64,000 nucleotides of DNA from NCBI RefSeq assembly GCF_009914755.1, contig NC_060925.1. The stretch is one strand, 5' to 3'. Of this stretch, positions 1-14,740 are shown in pieces (position 1 is the first letter of the stretch; every line of letters starts with the position of its first letter). Source of the DNA: the human T2T-CHM13v2.0 reference genome, Homo sapiens. The notes under the pieces are model-generated. The model had not been told where the DNA came from. It saw only the letters and a program-made list of their open reading frames with translations, and did no database searches. The position numbers and the translations under genes were made by a program.

Positions 1-449
1 TCAACAATGATAAATGGAATAGTCAGCTAAACTTCATCCAGATGACTTCCATTGTTTTCTATCATTTAATGTATCAATTGTGTTTCTCAGGATAATGCAC
101 CTTTAGTTGATATTTTATATTAAATATGCTTTAGAACTTTAACAGTCCATAAAATTATTTATTTTGCTTTGTATTACACCTCTAAAGTTAAAAATATAAC
201 ACAAGTCTTAGCTTTTCTACCTGTGAAATGAAGGAAATAATAATATATTCCCATTTTGTAGACTGAGGAAGGTTCAACAAAATTATACAAAGACAACTCA
301 GTTAATAGGAAGTGTCCAAGTGTGTTTAAATAATGAGTATGTTGAGCATTTGCCTATGTTATATATGATATGCCTATAAAATTTTGTTTTAAAATATACA
401 TTTTATACTATAATCTATGTTTATGTATAATTACATACATTCCACCTCC

Positions 450-1640
450 TTTTTAATTTTATGTAAAAGATTGAGAAATAATTTATATAACATACAATTC
501 ATCCATTTAAAGTGTATAACTCAATGGTTTTTAGTACATCCACAGAATTCTGCAACCATAATCTGATCAATTTTAGAACATTTAAATCACCATAGAAAGA
601 AACCCAGCCTCTAGAAGCAATTACTTCCCATTTTTTCCCAACCTCCCTAGTTATAGTAAGCCAGTGATCTATAATAGGTCTCTATAAACTTGCCTATTCT
701 GTGCATTTTATATAAATGGAATCAATAATATATATTCCTTTTTAACTGGCTTCTTTCACTTATACTGTTTTCAAGGTTTATCCTGGTATTACGTATGCAT
801 CAATATGCCATTCCTTTCTATGGTTGAAAAATATGATGCTGTATAGATCAACCTCATCTTTAAAATCCATTAACAATTGATGGACATCTTTCTCGTTTCC
901 ACTTTTTGGCTATCATAAAATATGTTGCTACGAACAATTTTTATATGGACATATTTTCATTTCCCTTAGGTGTATTCCTTGGAGTATAACTGAAGGTTTA
1001 CTTGGTAATTCTATGTTTAACTTTTTTTGGAACTTCTGGACTATCTTCCAAAGCAACAGTACCATTGTACATTTTCACCAGCCACGTATGACAGTCACAC
1101 TCTCTCCACATTCTTGCCAAAACTTGTTATCATTTTTCAAATAAAAGACAGCCTAGTGTGTATCTGAAAGATGTCTCATTGTGGTTTTTACTTGCATCCC
1201 CCTGATGACTAATGATGTTGAGAATTATTTCAGGTGCTTATTCCTCATTAATTTTTTTTGGAGAAACATCTATTTTCTTTGACCATTTTAATTGGTTTGT
1301 CTTGTTATTATTGATTTACACTTTTTCTTTATGTAGTTTAGATGTAAGTCCCTTATGAACTATATGATTTGCAATATATTCTTTGTTTCTCTAGGCTGTC
1401 TTTTCACTTCCTTGTTGACATCTTTCAAAGAACAAATGTTTTTATATTGACGTTGCACAATTTATACTTCTTTCTTTTGTCACTTGTGCTTTTAGTGTCA
1501 TATCGAGATTGGCTTTGCCTGATTCAATGTTACCAAAATTAACTTCTACATTTTATCAAATGTTTCATAGATTTAGCTCTAAGATGTAAGTCTACAATCT
1601 GTTTCAAGTTAATATTTGTGCATGGCATGATGAGTAGCTC
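450..1640 (-). mobile_element. Old LINE-1 (L1MB-like) 3'UTR and ORF2 end
   Basis: 'ttgagaaataatttatataacatacaattcatccatttaaagtgtataactcaatggtttttagta...' resembles the antisense L1MB 3' end, followed by ORF2-tail motifs such as 'ctcattgtggtttttacttgcatcccc ctgatgactaatgatgttgag'. Confidence 0.85.
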
Positions 1641-2084
1641 TGTTACGGATTGAATTGGGTCCTCGAAAAGCTATATTGAAGGCTTAGCTCCAAGTACTTA
1701 AGAATATGATCTTTATTGGAAATAGGGTCATTTCAGAAGTAATTAGTTAGGGTAAACCCTAAATCCAATAGATTTGAGTCCTTCTAAAAAGAAGAAAACC
1801 TCATGTGAAGCCAAAGGCACACAGAGAGCATGACATGTGATGACAGAGACAGAGAACTGAGGGATGCAGCTGCAAGCCAACGATTTCAAAATATTATTTG
1901 CCATTACCAGAAGCTAGGAAGAGGCAAGGCATAATTCAATTCATAATCTCAGAGGAAGGATGGCTGTGCTAGCACCTTGATTTCTGATTTCTTTCCTGCA
2001 GAACTTTTACACAACACACTTTATATTGTTTTAAGCTAAACAATTTGTGGTATATTTTTAGAGCCGCCATAGAAATTGAATACA
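1641..2084 (+). mobile_element. MaLR LTR, MLT1C-like
   Basis: TG...TACA ends; contains 'ttattggaaatagggtc', 'gatgcagctgcaagccaa' and 'ccagaagctaggaagaggcaagg'. Confidence 0.85.
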
Positions 2085-2630
2085 GATTTTGGTACTGGAG
2101 TTGAAGCTCTAGTGTAACAAATACCTAAAAATGTGGAAGTGTCTTTGGGACTGGATATTGGATAGAGGCTGAAAGAATTTTGAGATACTTGATAGCAAAA
2201 GCCTTGAAGAGATTGCTGGAGGAAACGTGGACTTTATAGGTGATTCTGGTGATGGCTCAGAAAGAAGTAGGAAGTAGGGAAGTTGTAGAGAAAGCTTCTA
2301 TCATCTTAGAGAATACAACAACAGACTTGCTTGAATTATGAATGTCAAAGGTACTTCTGAAGAAGTCTCAGATGGAAATAGGAACATGTTGTTGGAAAGC
2401 GAAAGAGCTATTTTTATTATAAAGTAGCATAGAACTTGACTAAATTGTGTTTCTGTTCAGTGATGCAAAGTAGAACTTGTAAGTCATAAGCTTGAATAGT
2501 TAGCTGAGGAGATTTCCAATCTAAAAGTGGAAGGCATGGCCTGGTTTTGCTGCTTATAGTAGAATGTGACAGGAAATAGATAAAGTGAGAAAAGAAAACA
2601 AAAGAAAAAATAAACCAGAACCATTTATAT
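2085..2630 (+). mobile_element. MLT1 internal region, 5' part only
   Basis: 'gattttggtactggag...gtaacaaatacctaaaaatgtggaagtg' directly follows the LTR and is the typical MaLR internal start. Confidence 0.8.
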
Positions 2631-2654
2631 AGGTCCTCTTCAATTAATTTCAAC

Positions 2655-5600
2655 AATGTTTTCTTTTTTGTTGTTTTTATTTATCATTTTTTACATTTTA
2701 GATTCAGGGAGTACATATTTTTTTTTGTTGTTAGTTAGGGATTACATGGATAATGGTAAAGATTGGGTTTCTACTATACCTATCAACCAAATCCTGAGCA
2801 TTGTACCCAATAGGTATTTTTTCAAATTCTCATTTCCCTTCTCACCCTTCCCCCAGTTGGAGTCTCCAGAGTCTACTCTCTCCATCTTTATGTCCATGTG
2901 TACCCATTACTTAGCTCCCACCTATACGTGAGAACATGCAATATTTGATTTTCTGTTTCTGAATTAGTTCACTTAGAATAATGGCATCCAGTTCCATCCA
3001 TATTGTAGCAAAGGATATGATTTCATTCTTTTTTATGGCTACATGGTGTTCTGTGGTGTGTACATATACTAATATTTCTTTACCCAATCAACTACTTGTG
3101 GGCACTTAGGTTGGTTTCACAAATTTGCTAATGTAAACAGTGCTGCAATAAGCATACCAATGCGGGTGAATTTTTAATAAAAGTTTTTATTTTATTTTTC
3201 CTTTTTTTGAGACAGGGTCTCACTCTGTCACTCAGGCTGGAGTGCAGTGGCATGATCACAATTCACTGCATCCTCAATCCCAGGGAGCAAGCTATCCCTC
3301 TCAGCTCAGCTCCCAAGTAGCTGAGACTACAGGAGCATGCCACCACACCCTGCTAACGGGTGTCTTTTTTATACATAATGATTAATTTTTCTTTGGGTAC
3401 AAACCCAGTAATGAGAATCCTAGGTTAAATGGTAATTTTATTTTTAGTTATTTGAGATATATTTATGCTGTTCGCCACAGAGATTGAACTAATTTACATT
3501 CTCACCAACAGTGTATGAGCATTCTATTTACTCCACAACCATGCCAATACCTTTTTTTTTTTTTTGCCTTTTTTATAAAACCCATTCCGACTGGTGTAAA
3601 ATGGTATGTCGTTGTGGTTTAAATTTGCATTTCTCTGATGATCAGTGATGTTGAGCATTTTTTTTTTCATTTTTCTTGGCCACTTGTATTTCTTCTTTTT
3701 TTTTTTTGAGAAAAATCTGATTATGTCCTTTGCCCAATTTTTAATGGGGTTGCTCATTTTTTTCCTTTTAGTTTGAGTTCCTTCTAGATTCTGAATATCC
3801 ATCAATTGTCAGAGGCATAATTTGCAAATGTTTTCTCCTATCCTATAGGTTATCTGCTTATTCTTTTGGTTATTTCTTTTGCTGTGCAGAAGCTTTTTAC
3901 TTTAATTAAGTCTCATTTATCTATTTTTTGTTTTGTTGCATTTGCTTTTTTGGGTCTTTGTCATTAATTCTTTGCCTAGGTCAATGTCCAGAAGTATTTT
4001 CCCTAGGTTTTCTCCTATGATGTTGATAGTGTCAGCTCTTATGTTTAGGCCTTTAATCCATCTTCAGTTAATTTTTGTATGTGGTGACAGGCAGAGGTCC
4101 AGTTTCATTCTTCTTCATATGGTTAGCCAGTTTTCTGAGCACCGTTTATTAAATAGGGTGTTCTTTCCACATTTTTTTGTTGACTTTATTAAAGATTGGT
4201 TGGTTGTATGTCTGTGGCTTTATTTCTGGGTTCTGTATGCTGTTCCACTGATGTATGTGTCTATTTTTTACCAGGACCATGCTGTTTTAGTTACTATAGA
4301 TTTGTAGTATAATTTGAAGTCAGGCAATGTGATGCCACTGAATTTGTTCTTTTTGCTTAGAAGTGCTTTGGCTATTTGGCCTATTTTTTTTTTTCTTTTG
4401 GTTCCATATGAACTTTAGGATCGCTTTTTCTAATCTATGAAAAATGATACTGGTAATTTGCCAGGAATTGTGTTGAATCTGTAGATCTATTTGGGTTATG
4501 TGGTCATTTTAACGATATTGACTTTTCCAATGCATGAACTTGGAATGTTTTTCCAACTGTATCATCTGTGATTTCTTTTATCAGTGTTTTGTAGTTCTCC
4601 TAGCAGAGATCTTTCACCTCCTTGGTTAAATGTATTCCTGAGTATTGTATATATGTTTTTGTGGTTATTGTAAATGGGATTGAGTTCTTAATTTTGTTTT
4701 CAGTCTGAATATTTTTGGTGTATAAAAATGCCACTGATTTTTACATGTTGATTTTGTATCCTGTGACTTTACTGAAACTGCTTAAGTCTGGAAGTCTTCT
4801 AAAGGAGTCTTTGGGGTTTTCTAGACATGCAATTATATAATCAGAGAACAGAAGTAATTTGACTTTGATTTTTTTTTCCAATTTGTGTGCCTTTTATTTT
4901 TTTTTCTTTTGACTGATTGCTTCGGCTGGGACTTCCAGTTCTATGATGAATAAGAGTAGCAACAGTGGACCTGTCTTGTTCCAATTCTTAGGAGAAATTT
5001 GTTTATTTTTCCCCATTCAGTATGATGTGCACTGTGGGTTTGTTATATATGGCTCTTATTACTTTGAGGTAGGTTCCGTCTATGTCTCACTAGTTGAGGG
5101 TTTTTATCATGAAGGGATAATGAATTTTATCAGATGCTTTTTCTACATCTATTGAGATGATCTTATGGTTTTTGTTCTTAGTTCTGTTTATGTGGTGGGT
5201 CATGTTTATTTATTATTTTCAGATGTTAAACCATCTTTGCATCCCTGGAATAATGATGAATTATATTGTTAATGTACTGTTGGATTTGGTTTGCTATTAT
5301 TTTGTTGAGGATTTTTGCATCTATGTCCATCAGGGATGTTGGTCTGTAGTTTTCTTTTTGTGTGGTGGCTTTCCTTGATTTTTTATCAGAGTAATATTAG
5401 ATATGTAGAATGAGTTAGAGAGGGATCTGTCCTCCTTGCTTTTTTGAAATAGCTTAAGATTGGCACAAGCTCTTCTTTGTATGTCTCATAAATTTTGACT
5501 GTGAATCCATCTTGTCCTGAGTTTTTTTGGTGAGAAGATTTTGTATTGTGGATTTGATTTCATTACTTATTACTGGTTCATTACTTATTTAGGGTTTCTG

Positions 5601-8600
5601 TTTCCTCCTGGTTCAATCTTGTGAGGTTGTATGTTTTGAGAAATTTGTCCATTTCCTCTATATTTTCTAGTTTTTGTGCATAGAGGTGTCCATAGTAGTC
5701 TCTGGTGGTCTTTTGTATTTCTCTGATATCAATTGTGATGCCACCTTTAAACTTTCTTATTTTGCTTAATCGAATTTTCTATCTTGTTTTCTTGGTTAAT
5801 CTAGCTAGTGATCTGTTAATTTTGGTATGATTTCAAAGAACCAACTTTTTTATTTCATTGATCACCTTTATCATTTTTCCCTAATCTCATTTAATTCGCT
5901 CTGATGTTTGTGATTTCTTTTCTTCTTCTATCTTTAGGTTTGTTTTTTTCTTGTTTTTCTAATTTCTTGAGATGTGATTTTTGTATAATTTTGACGTAGG
6001 CATTTTTAGTGCAATAAACTTTTCTCTTAGAAGTGCTTTTGCTGTATGTCAGAGGTTTTGGTATGTTGTATCTTTATTTTCATTTGTTTAAAATAACTTC
6101 TTTCATTTCTGTTTTAATTTTATTGTTGACCCAAAAGTCATTCAGAAGCAAGTTGTTTAGTCTCCATGTTCTTGTGTAGTTTTGAGACTTCCTTTTAGTA
6201 TTGATCAATAATTTTATTTCACTGTGGTCTGAAAAGGTTCTTGATACAATTTTAATTTTTAAGAATTTTATTCAGAATTGCTTTATGGCCAAGCATATTG
6301 TCTATTTTGGAGAATGTTTTGTGTGCAGATGAGGAGAATGCTGTGGGGTGGAATGTTCATTAAATGTCTATTAGGGCTATTTGGTCTGTAGTCCAGTTTA
6401 AGTCCAGAGCTTCTTTGTTAACTTTCTGTGTCAATGATCTGTCCAGTGATGTCAGTGGCATGTTGAAGTCCTGCACTACAGTTTTATTGCTATTATTCTG
6501 TTTTCTTGTGCCTAGTAGTATTTGTTTTGTTAATCTTGGTTCTCCAGTATTGGGTGCATATATATTTAGGATAGTAAAACTTTTTTTATATTCAATCCTT
6601 TATCATTATATAATATCCTTCTTTGTCTTTTTTCTTTTTATTTTTTTTTCTGCTGTTGGTTTAGAGTTTATTTTATCTGATATGAGAATGACTACTCCTG
6701 CTTGCTTTTGTTTTCAATTGGTGTAGAATTTATTTTTCCACCCTTTTAGTTTGAGTCTGAATGTGTATTTAGCAAGTAGATGAGTCTTTTATAGACATCA
6801 GATTATTGAGTGTTGTATTTCTATCCAATTTTCTACTCTGCCTTTTAATTAGGCATTTAGGACATTTACATTCAAGGTTAATGTTGATATGTGAGGTTCT
6901 ATTTCTGACATAGAGTTGTTAGCTAGTTTGTTTTGGAACTTTGATTTCGTAGTTGATTTATGGGATCTCTGAATTTTGTACTTATGTATCCTTTTCTGGT
7001 AGCCAGTATCATCCTTTAATTTTCATGTTTAGAACTCCTGTGAGCATTTTTTTGTAGGTCTAGTTTAGTGTGACAAATTCTTTCAGTCATTGCTTGTCTG
7101 GGAAATATGTTATTTTTCCTTCATTTGTGAAGCCTGGTTTGGCAGAATATAAAATGCTTGGCTGGCTAAGAATCTAAGGAGGCTGAAAACAGGGCTCCAA
7201 CCAATCTTTTCTGGCTTGTAGGGTTTCTAATGAGAAGTCTGTTATGAGTCTGATTGGTTTGCCTTTATAGGTAATTTGACCCTTTTCTCTAGCTGCATTT
7301 AAAATGTTTTTAAATCTTGACCTTGGATAGTATGATGACTATATGCTTTGGTGATTTTCATTTTATATAGTATCTCATAGGCGTTCTCTGGATTTTTCTT
7401 ATCTGAATGTTCACCTGTTTAAGAAGATTAGAAAAAATGTATTGAATTATTTCCTCAAATGTTTTCCAGGTTCCTTACTTTTTATTCTCTCTCAGGAGTC
7501 CCAATAAGTTGTAAGTTTGGTTGCTTTGCATATCCCATATTCCTTGAAGGCTTTGTTCATTTTTTGAAATTATGTTTCTTTATTTTTGTGAGACTGGGTT
7601 AGTTCAAAAGACTTGTCTTCAAGCTCTGAGTTTCTTCTGCTTCGTCTAGTCTATTAGTAAAGCTTTCCATTGTATTTGGAAATTTCTTGAGTGAAGTTTT
7701 CATTTCCAGAAGTTCTGATTGATTTCTTAAAATATTCATCTCTTCCTTCATTTCCTGGATTGCTTTCTTAATTTGATTTTGTTGATTTTCAACCTTGTCT
7801 TGGGTCTTCCTGAGCTTTTTTGCACTCCATACTCCAAATTCTTAATCTGTCATTTCTGAGTTTCGATTTTATTTAGGGCCTACTGCTAGAGATGTAGTGT
7901 AATCCTTTGGAGATGACACAATATTCAGATTTTTCTTGGTGCTCAAATTCTTAAGCTGATCCCTTCTCATGCAGAGAGCCTGACACTTCTTATTTTTGAA
8001 ATTATTTTTGTTCAGATAAGATGTTTTATTTTCCTTTTTTTGTTCTTATTCTTTCCCCACCCTCCCAAGGGAGTATGATTGCAGAATATGTTGGATACGG
8101 TCATTTGGGTTTATTTCTATTGTCCTGTGCATTTCTTCAGGCAAGTTTTATATTGGGCTGTGAGGCTGGACCTGCAGACCAGTAGGTGGCACGTATGGGT
8201 AGGTTCTAGCTGTGACTCAAGCCAATGTGTTCTTAATCTTTGTTAACTGTGAGGGGCTCTCTGTTGTTAGGTGACGGGATGGACAGTGGAGTGCTCAGTG
8301 CCCTCAGCTTCCTTTTCATTGGGGGTGGGTGAGGCGCAGCTTGGCAGAGTTACACCCACTGGCTTGCTCACAGACATCCAGTGATGAGCACAGGCACCAG
8401 CCCCAACAGCGGAGGGAGCTCCTTGTGAGGTAAGCTGAGGTCTCTACGAAGGGAAAGAGGGCTACACTGGCTCCACATCCTAGAAGGGCAGGAACATGAT
8501 CTGTTTCCCTACCACATCCCTGTCCCAGGGCTTGTCACTCTTAGTTCAGATGCACACTGCAGTCTTTCTACAGACCACAGTGTTACTGAGAGCCACAGAA

Positions 8601-10200
8601 AACACCTGTTTTGTGATTCTCCGTGGAAGTGGTATTGGGGTGGAACTTCTTCACTCAGCCTCATACAAACAGCTTTATGGCTTGCCTGTTCTCTGACATG
8701 GTAACACTGCTGTGTACTGTGGTGGGTGGGGGGAGGGCTCCAACTATCAGCCCATGTGGGTAGGTGTTAGTTGTGGTTGCATCAGCTGGTTGTGTTGGCC
8801 TGACCTCAGGCCCTGGGGAATGTGGTTAGGTGCTAGTAATGTTGGACCAAGCTAGGTAGTTCCCTAGTTCTTAGGCCACTAGATGTCCCACTGGATGACA
8901 TACTCAAGTCCTGAAGGGGTTGGACTGGGGTAGGGCTAACCCAGAGTTCAGTTGCTGGCTGCGATGGGAGGGGCAGACTGGTTCCTATGTCACTGGCAGA
9001 ACTCTCAGGTAGGGGCAGGCAGAATACTCAGGCAGTGGGAGGCCAAGGTAAAATCAAAGGTCTGTGGGGATTGGACTCTCAGAAGGGCTCTGGGCTGCAG
9101 TTGAAATGTTCAGGCCAGGGCAGGGCAGCTGCACTGTGTGGATCTTTCACTGGGGAAGGCGGGTCACCTTAACTGGACCAATGGAGACTGCAGCTGTGTG
9201 GCAAATGACATGCTCAGGTTTCCCTCCTACTGAAGTGGCACCGGATTTTGCTGTTGGGGGAATGCAAAAGGGTCAGGCTTCTTCACTCTCTCCATGACTC
9301 AGGGGTGGTAGGAACAGAGGCAGCGACTGCTGGGAATTGAACTCACAGAAGAAAGCTGAATCATGGCTCTAGTGCTCAGGCCGGGGCAGGATGGCTGAGT
9401 TGGGAACCTGTCACCAAAGCCAGCAGCCTCATTTGGCAGAGTAAGGGAGGCAGGGAGTCATGGAGTACATAGTCTGCCTTCTGCTCCTCTACACCTAGGC
9501 TGTGGTTATATGCATGTGCTGAAGACACATTTAAGTGGTTTAAGTATTCAACCTCCTTGTACCCTCCTGGACTGGTGGCAGAAACAGTGGTGCGGGTGGC
9601 TATCACAAAGGGCTTGCCAGTGACCTCTGAGAGTTGGGCTGTCCAAGGAATGTAGAGCTATGGCTGCCATGTTCAGGCAGTAGTGGGGCTGGTGTGCTGG
9701 GTGTCAGAAGCCTGCAGGCCTCATATGGCAGGAAGCAGCAGAGGCCTGGCGCTGTGGTCACGCAGTCTGCCTACTGCTTCTCCATACTTGGCTGTGATAT
9801 CTGTACTGTAAGCACAGGCAAGCACCCAGGTTCCCCTTTACCTCCTTGGCCCACTGCATCAGGACAGAGACTACAACCATTGCAAAAGGCTTGTCAGTTA
9901 CCACTGGGATTTATGAACTCAGAGGAAAGAAGCCACAGTGGGGATGGAGCACGTACACTGGGTGCCTAAGCAAGCAAGCAAGCATCATTTGGCGGGGAGC
10001 AGCAGAGATAGAGAGTCACATGATATGTAGTCTGGCTGCTCCTCCATACCATGGTTGCAGGATCTGTCCTAGGGGTGCATAAAATGCCTGGCCTCTCTTT
10101 AAAGAAAGGCTGCAGCAGCTAACACTGGGCTGTTCAGGGATCAAAAGGCTGTGGGATTCCCTGTTTGGCTAGTAGTGCCTTTGCACAGTGCCTTTGCTCT
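2655..10200 (-). mobile_element. Near-full-length (~7.5 kb) degenerate LINE-1, L1PB-like: 3'UTR ~2655-3090, ORF2 ~3090-6910, ORF1 ~6960-7970, long GC-rich 5'UTR ~8000-10200
   Basis: T-tail at left. The - strand near 6900 reads EPHISTLTLNVN, like the ORF2 endonuclease N-terminus. An ATG at 7970 (-) reads MRRDQLKN, like an ORF1 start. Many stops and frameshifts. Confidence 0.9.
3185..3356 (-). mobile_element. Alu right monomer (FRAM or truncated AluJ) inserted in the L1
   Basis: 'tgagacagggtctcactctgtcactcaggctggagtgcagtggcatgatcac...ccaccacaccctgctaa'; degenerate flanking repeat 'cgggtg..ttttt'. Confidence 0.9.
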
Positions 10201-11065
10201 GATTTATTATTTAGAGTAGTTACTGATTTTGACAAAGTTGTGATAGTCTTAGTTTTATGTTTTTGATTTACTTCATTCAATTGTGATAGGAGAATGTACT
10301 TTGCATGCTTTTAATCCATTAGTATTTATTGAAATGTTTTTATGGCCAAACCTGTGTTCTATCCTGAAGACTATCCCATGTGTACTTGAGACAAAATTAT
10401 ATTCTGCTGTCCTTGGGTTAACTGTCTATAGTTATCTTTTGGGACCAGTTGATTTACACAGTTGTTTGCATTTTCCATTCTCTTATTGATCTGACCAGGT
10501 ATTATATCCATTATTGAAAGTATAGTATTTTAGTCCTCAACTATTATTTCTGAATTGCCAATTTCTCTGTTTTTCTTATGTGAGGTTTATTTAAGATATT
10601 TTGGGACTCTTATTAAGTGTATATATATTTACAATTACTCTATAATCTTGTGGAAGACCTTTTCATTAAGTGTCCCTCTTTATTTGTAGGAACATTGTTT
10701 GCTTTCAAGTCTATTTTTTTCTGATATTTATATAACCAATTAATAGGCATTTTAGTTTCCTTATTCTTGAGGTTTCCATGATATATACTCTTTCTTTTTG
10801 TGTGTTCAACTTGTATTTCTTAATCAAAAATTCGTATTTTGTAGAGAGTATATATCAAAACTTTTATTTAAATTTAGACTGACAATTTCTGACTTTTTAT
10901 TAGCGTGTTAACTCATTCATATTTATGGTCATTATTTATACAATTAGATTAATATTTGCCATTTTAGTTTGCTTTATTCATGCTGCATGTCTCTTTTCTT
11001 CCCTCTATTGTTCTTTTACTGCCTTCAATTGAATTAACTGAACATTTTTTATTTTAACATTTAAA

Positions 11066-12658
<1,593 letters not shown>

Positions 12659-12883
12659 TTACTTCAATACAGCTTTGTCTCTTCTCACCTCATTTGTGCA
12701 ATTATTGTAAATTATATTACATTTATATATGTTATGGTTCTAACAATGTGATTATGCACATCTTATGTACAATGGTTTTAAATATCTGCTAAGAAAAGAA
12801 ATGTATGTTTAGCATTTATAATTCCATAAATACCTTGAATAATGTTTTTACATAGTTTGAATAGACACTCTATTATCTCTTAT

Positions 12884-13198
<315 letters not shown>

Positions 13199-14529
13199 TA
13201 TTATCTCTTATTTTAAACATGTATAACATTTTTAATTATTTGTGGTAAGACAGGACTACTAGAAATAAACTTCCCCTTTATTTATTTATTTATTTTTTGA
13301 CTGTCTTTAGTTTGCCTTCATTTTTGACAGATCATTTTGTTGAATATAAGATTTCTGGTTCACAATGTATTATATTTTACTCCGTTATCTATGTCATCCT
13401 ATTGCCCTCAGGCTTTCATTGCTTCTAATTAAAAGTCAGCTGTCAATTTTATTGGGTTTTCTATCCTCATAGTGAGCCATTTTTTTCTGTTGCTGCTTTC
13501 AAGGATTGTTGTCTTTTATCATTTTTTCAATGATATATCTGGTTTTCTATCCATTTGTATTTACCCTTCTTTGTGCTATTTGAGCATTATATGCACATAT
13601 TCATGTTTTTAAATCAAATTTAAGAAGTGTTCAGCCATTATTTCTTAAATATTTTTTCACTCCTTTCTCCCTTCTCTTCTCTTGGTACGCTTATTACTTC
13701 AAATGTTGGTGTACAAAATTTTGTCTCACAGGTCCGTAAAGAACACTTTTTTAAATTCTTTTTTTCTGTTTTCTTTTTTTAATTTTAGATTGGAAAATCT
13801 TCATTGACCTATACTTTCTGCTAAAAATAATTCCCTCACTTTTATTCATCTGAAAAATGCTTGAGAAGAAATTAATGTTTCTTATCTTTATTTTTCAAAC
13901 ATAGTTTTCAACCAAGATTCTTGGTTGATTTTTTTTCCTTCACCACTTTGAATATGTCAACTCACTTCCTTCTGGCACTCATTTTATCTGATGAAAAATT
14001 AGCTTTTAATCTTATTGAGGTTGTATTGCACACAGTCCCTTTCGTGAAGCTTCCAAAATTTTTAAAAATTTATCTTTCAATATATTTGCTATGATATGTT
14101 TGGGTGTGAATTTCTTTATTTTTGTGCTAATCCTATGTATTCCACTTTTTGGAAGTTAACAGTTGTGTCAAATTTGGGAAATTTTTGGTCATTAATTCTA
14201 CAAATTTTTGGTTGCTTTTTCTCTGTCTCCTCTGTTGTTCTCATTTCATATATGCTGTTGCTTCGAATTATACTCATATTTATCTAAGTCTTTGCTCATT
14301 TTTCCTTTTCTCTGTTATTTGCATTGCATTATGTCTATTGACTTATCGTCTAGTTTCCTAATTCTTTCTTTACTAATTCAAATCTGTTGAATCCCTCGAG
14401 TGAATTTTTCATTTCAATTGTTGCAATTTTCAACTCTGAAATTTTAATTTTGTTATTTTAAAAAATATATGCATTGATATTTTATATTTAATATGACATT
14501 ATTATTTTACCTTTCCTTAACTTTATAAA

Positions 14530-14740
14530 CACATATAGGTGTCTGTATATATACCTATATAGATACCTACATATACTTCAATACTATATATAATACCTAT
14601 ATATATTTATACTATACACAATATATATACTATATATAATACCTATATATGTTTATAAAGATAATGGAAGTATAATAATATAATTATATATGTATATAAT
14701 AATGATATAACTATGCATATACATATATCTATATATAGGC
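14530..14740. repeat. (TA)-rich low-complexity tract
   Basis: Degenerate TATA/TACC/TATAC repeats. Confidence 0.85.

Noticed and set aside
8100-10150. GC-rich region as gene promoter, CpG island or coding exons
   Set aside because: CpG-depleted and positioned as the 5'UTR of the L1; the ORFs show no recognisable homology.
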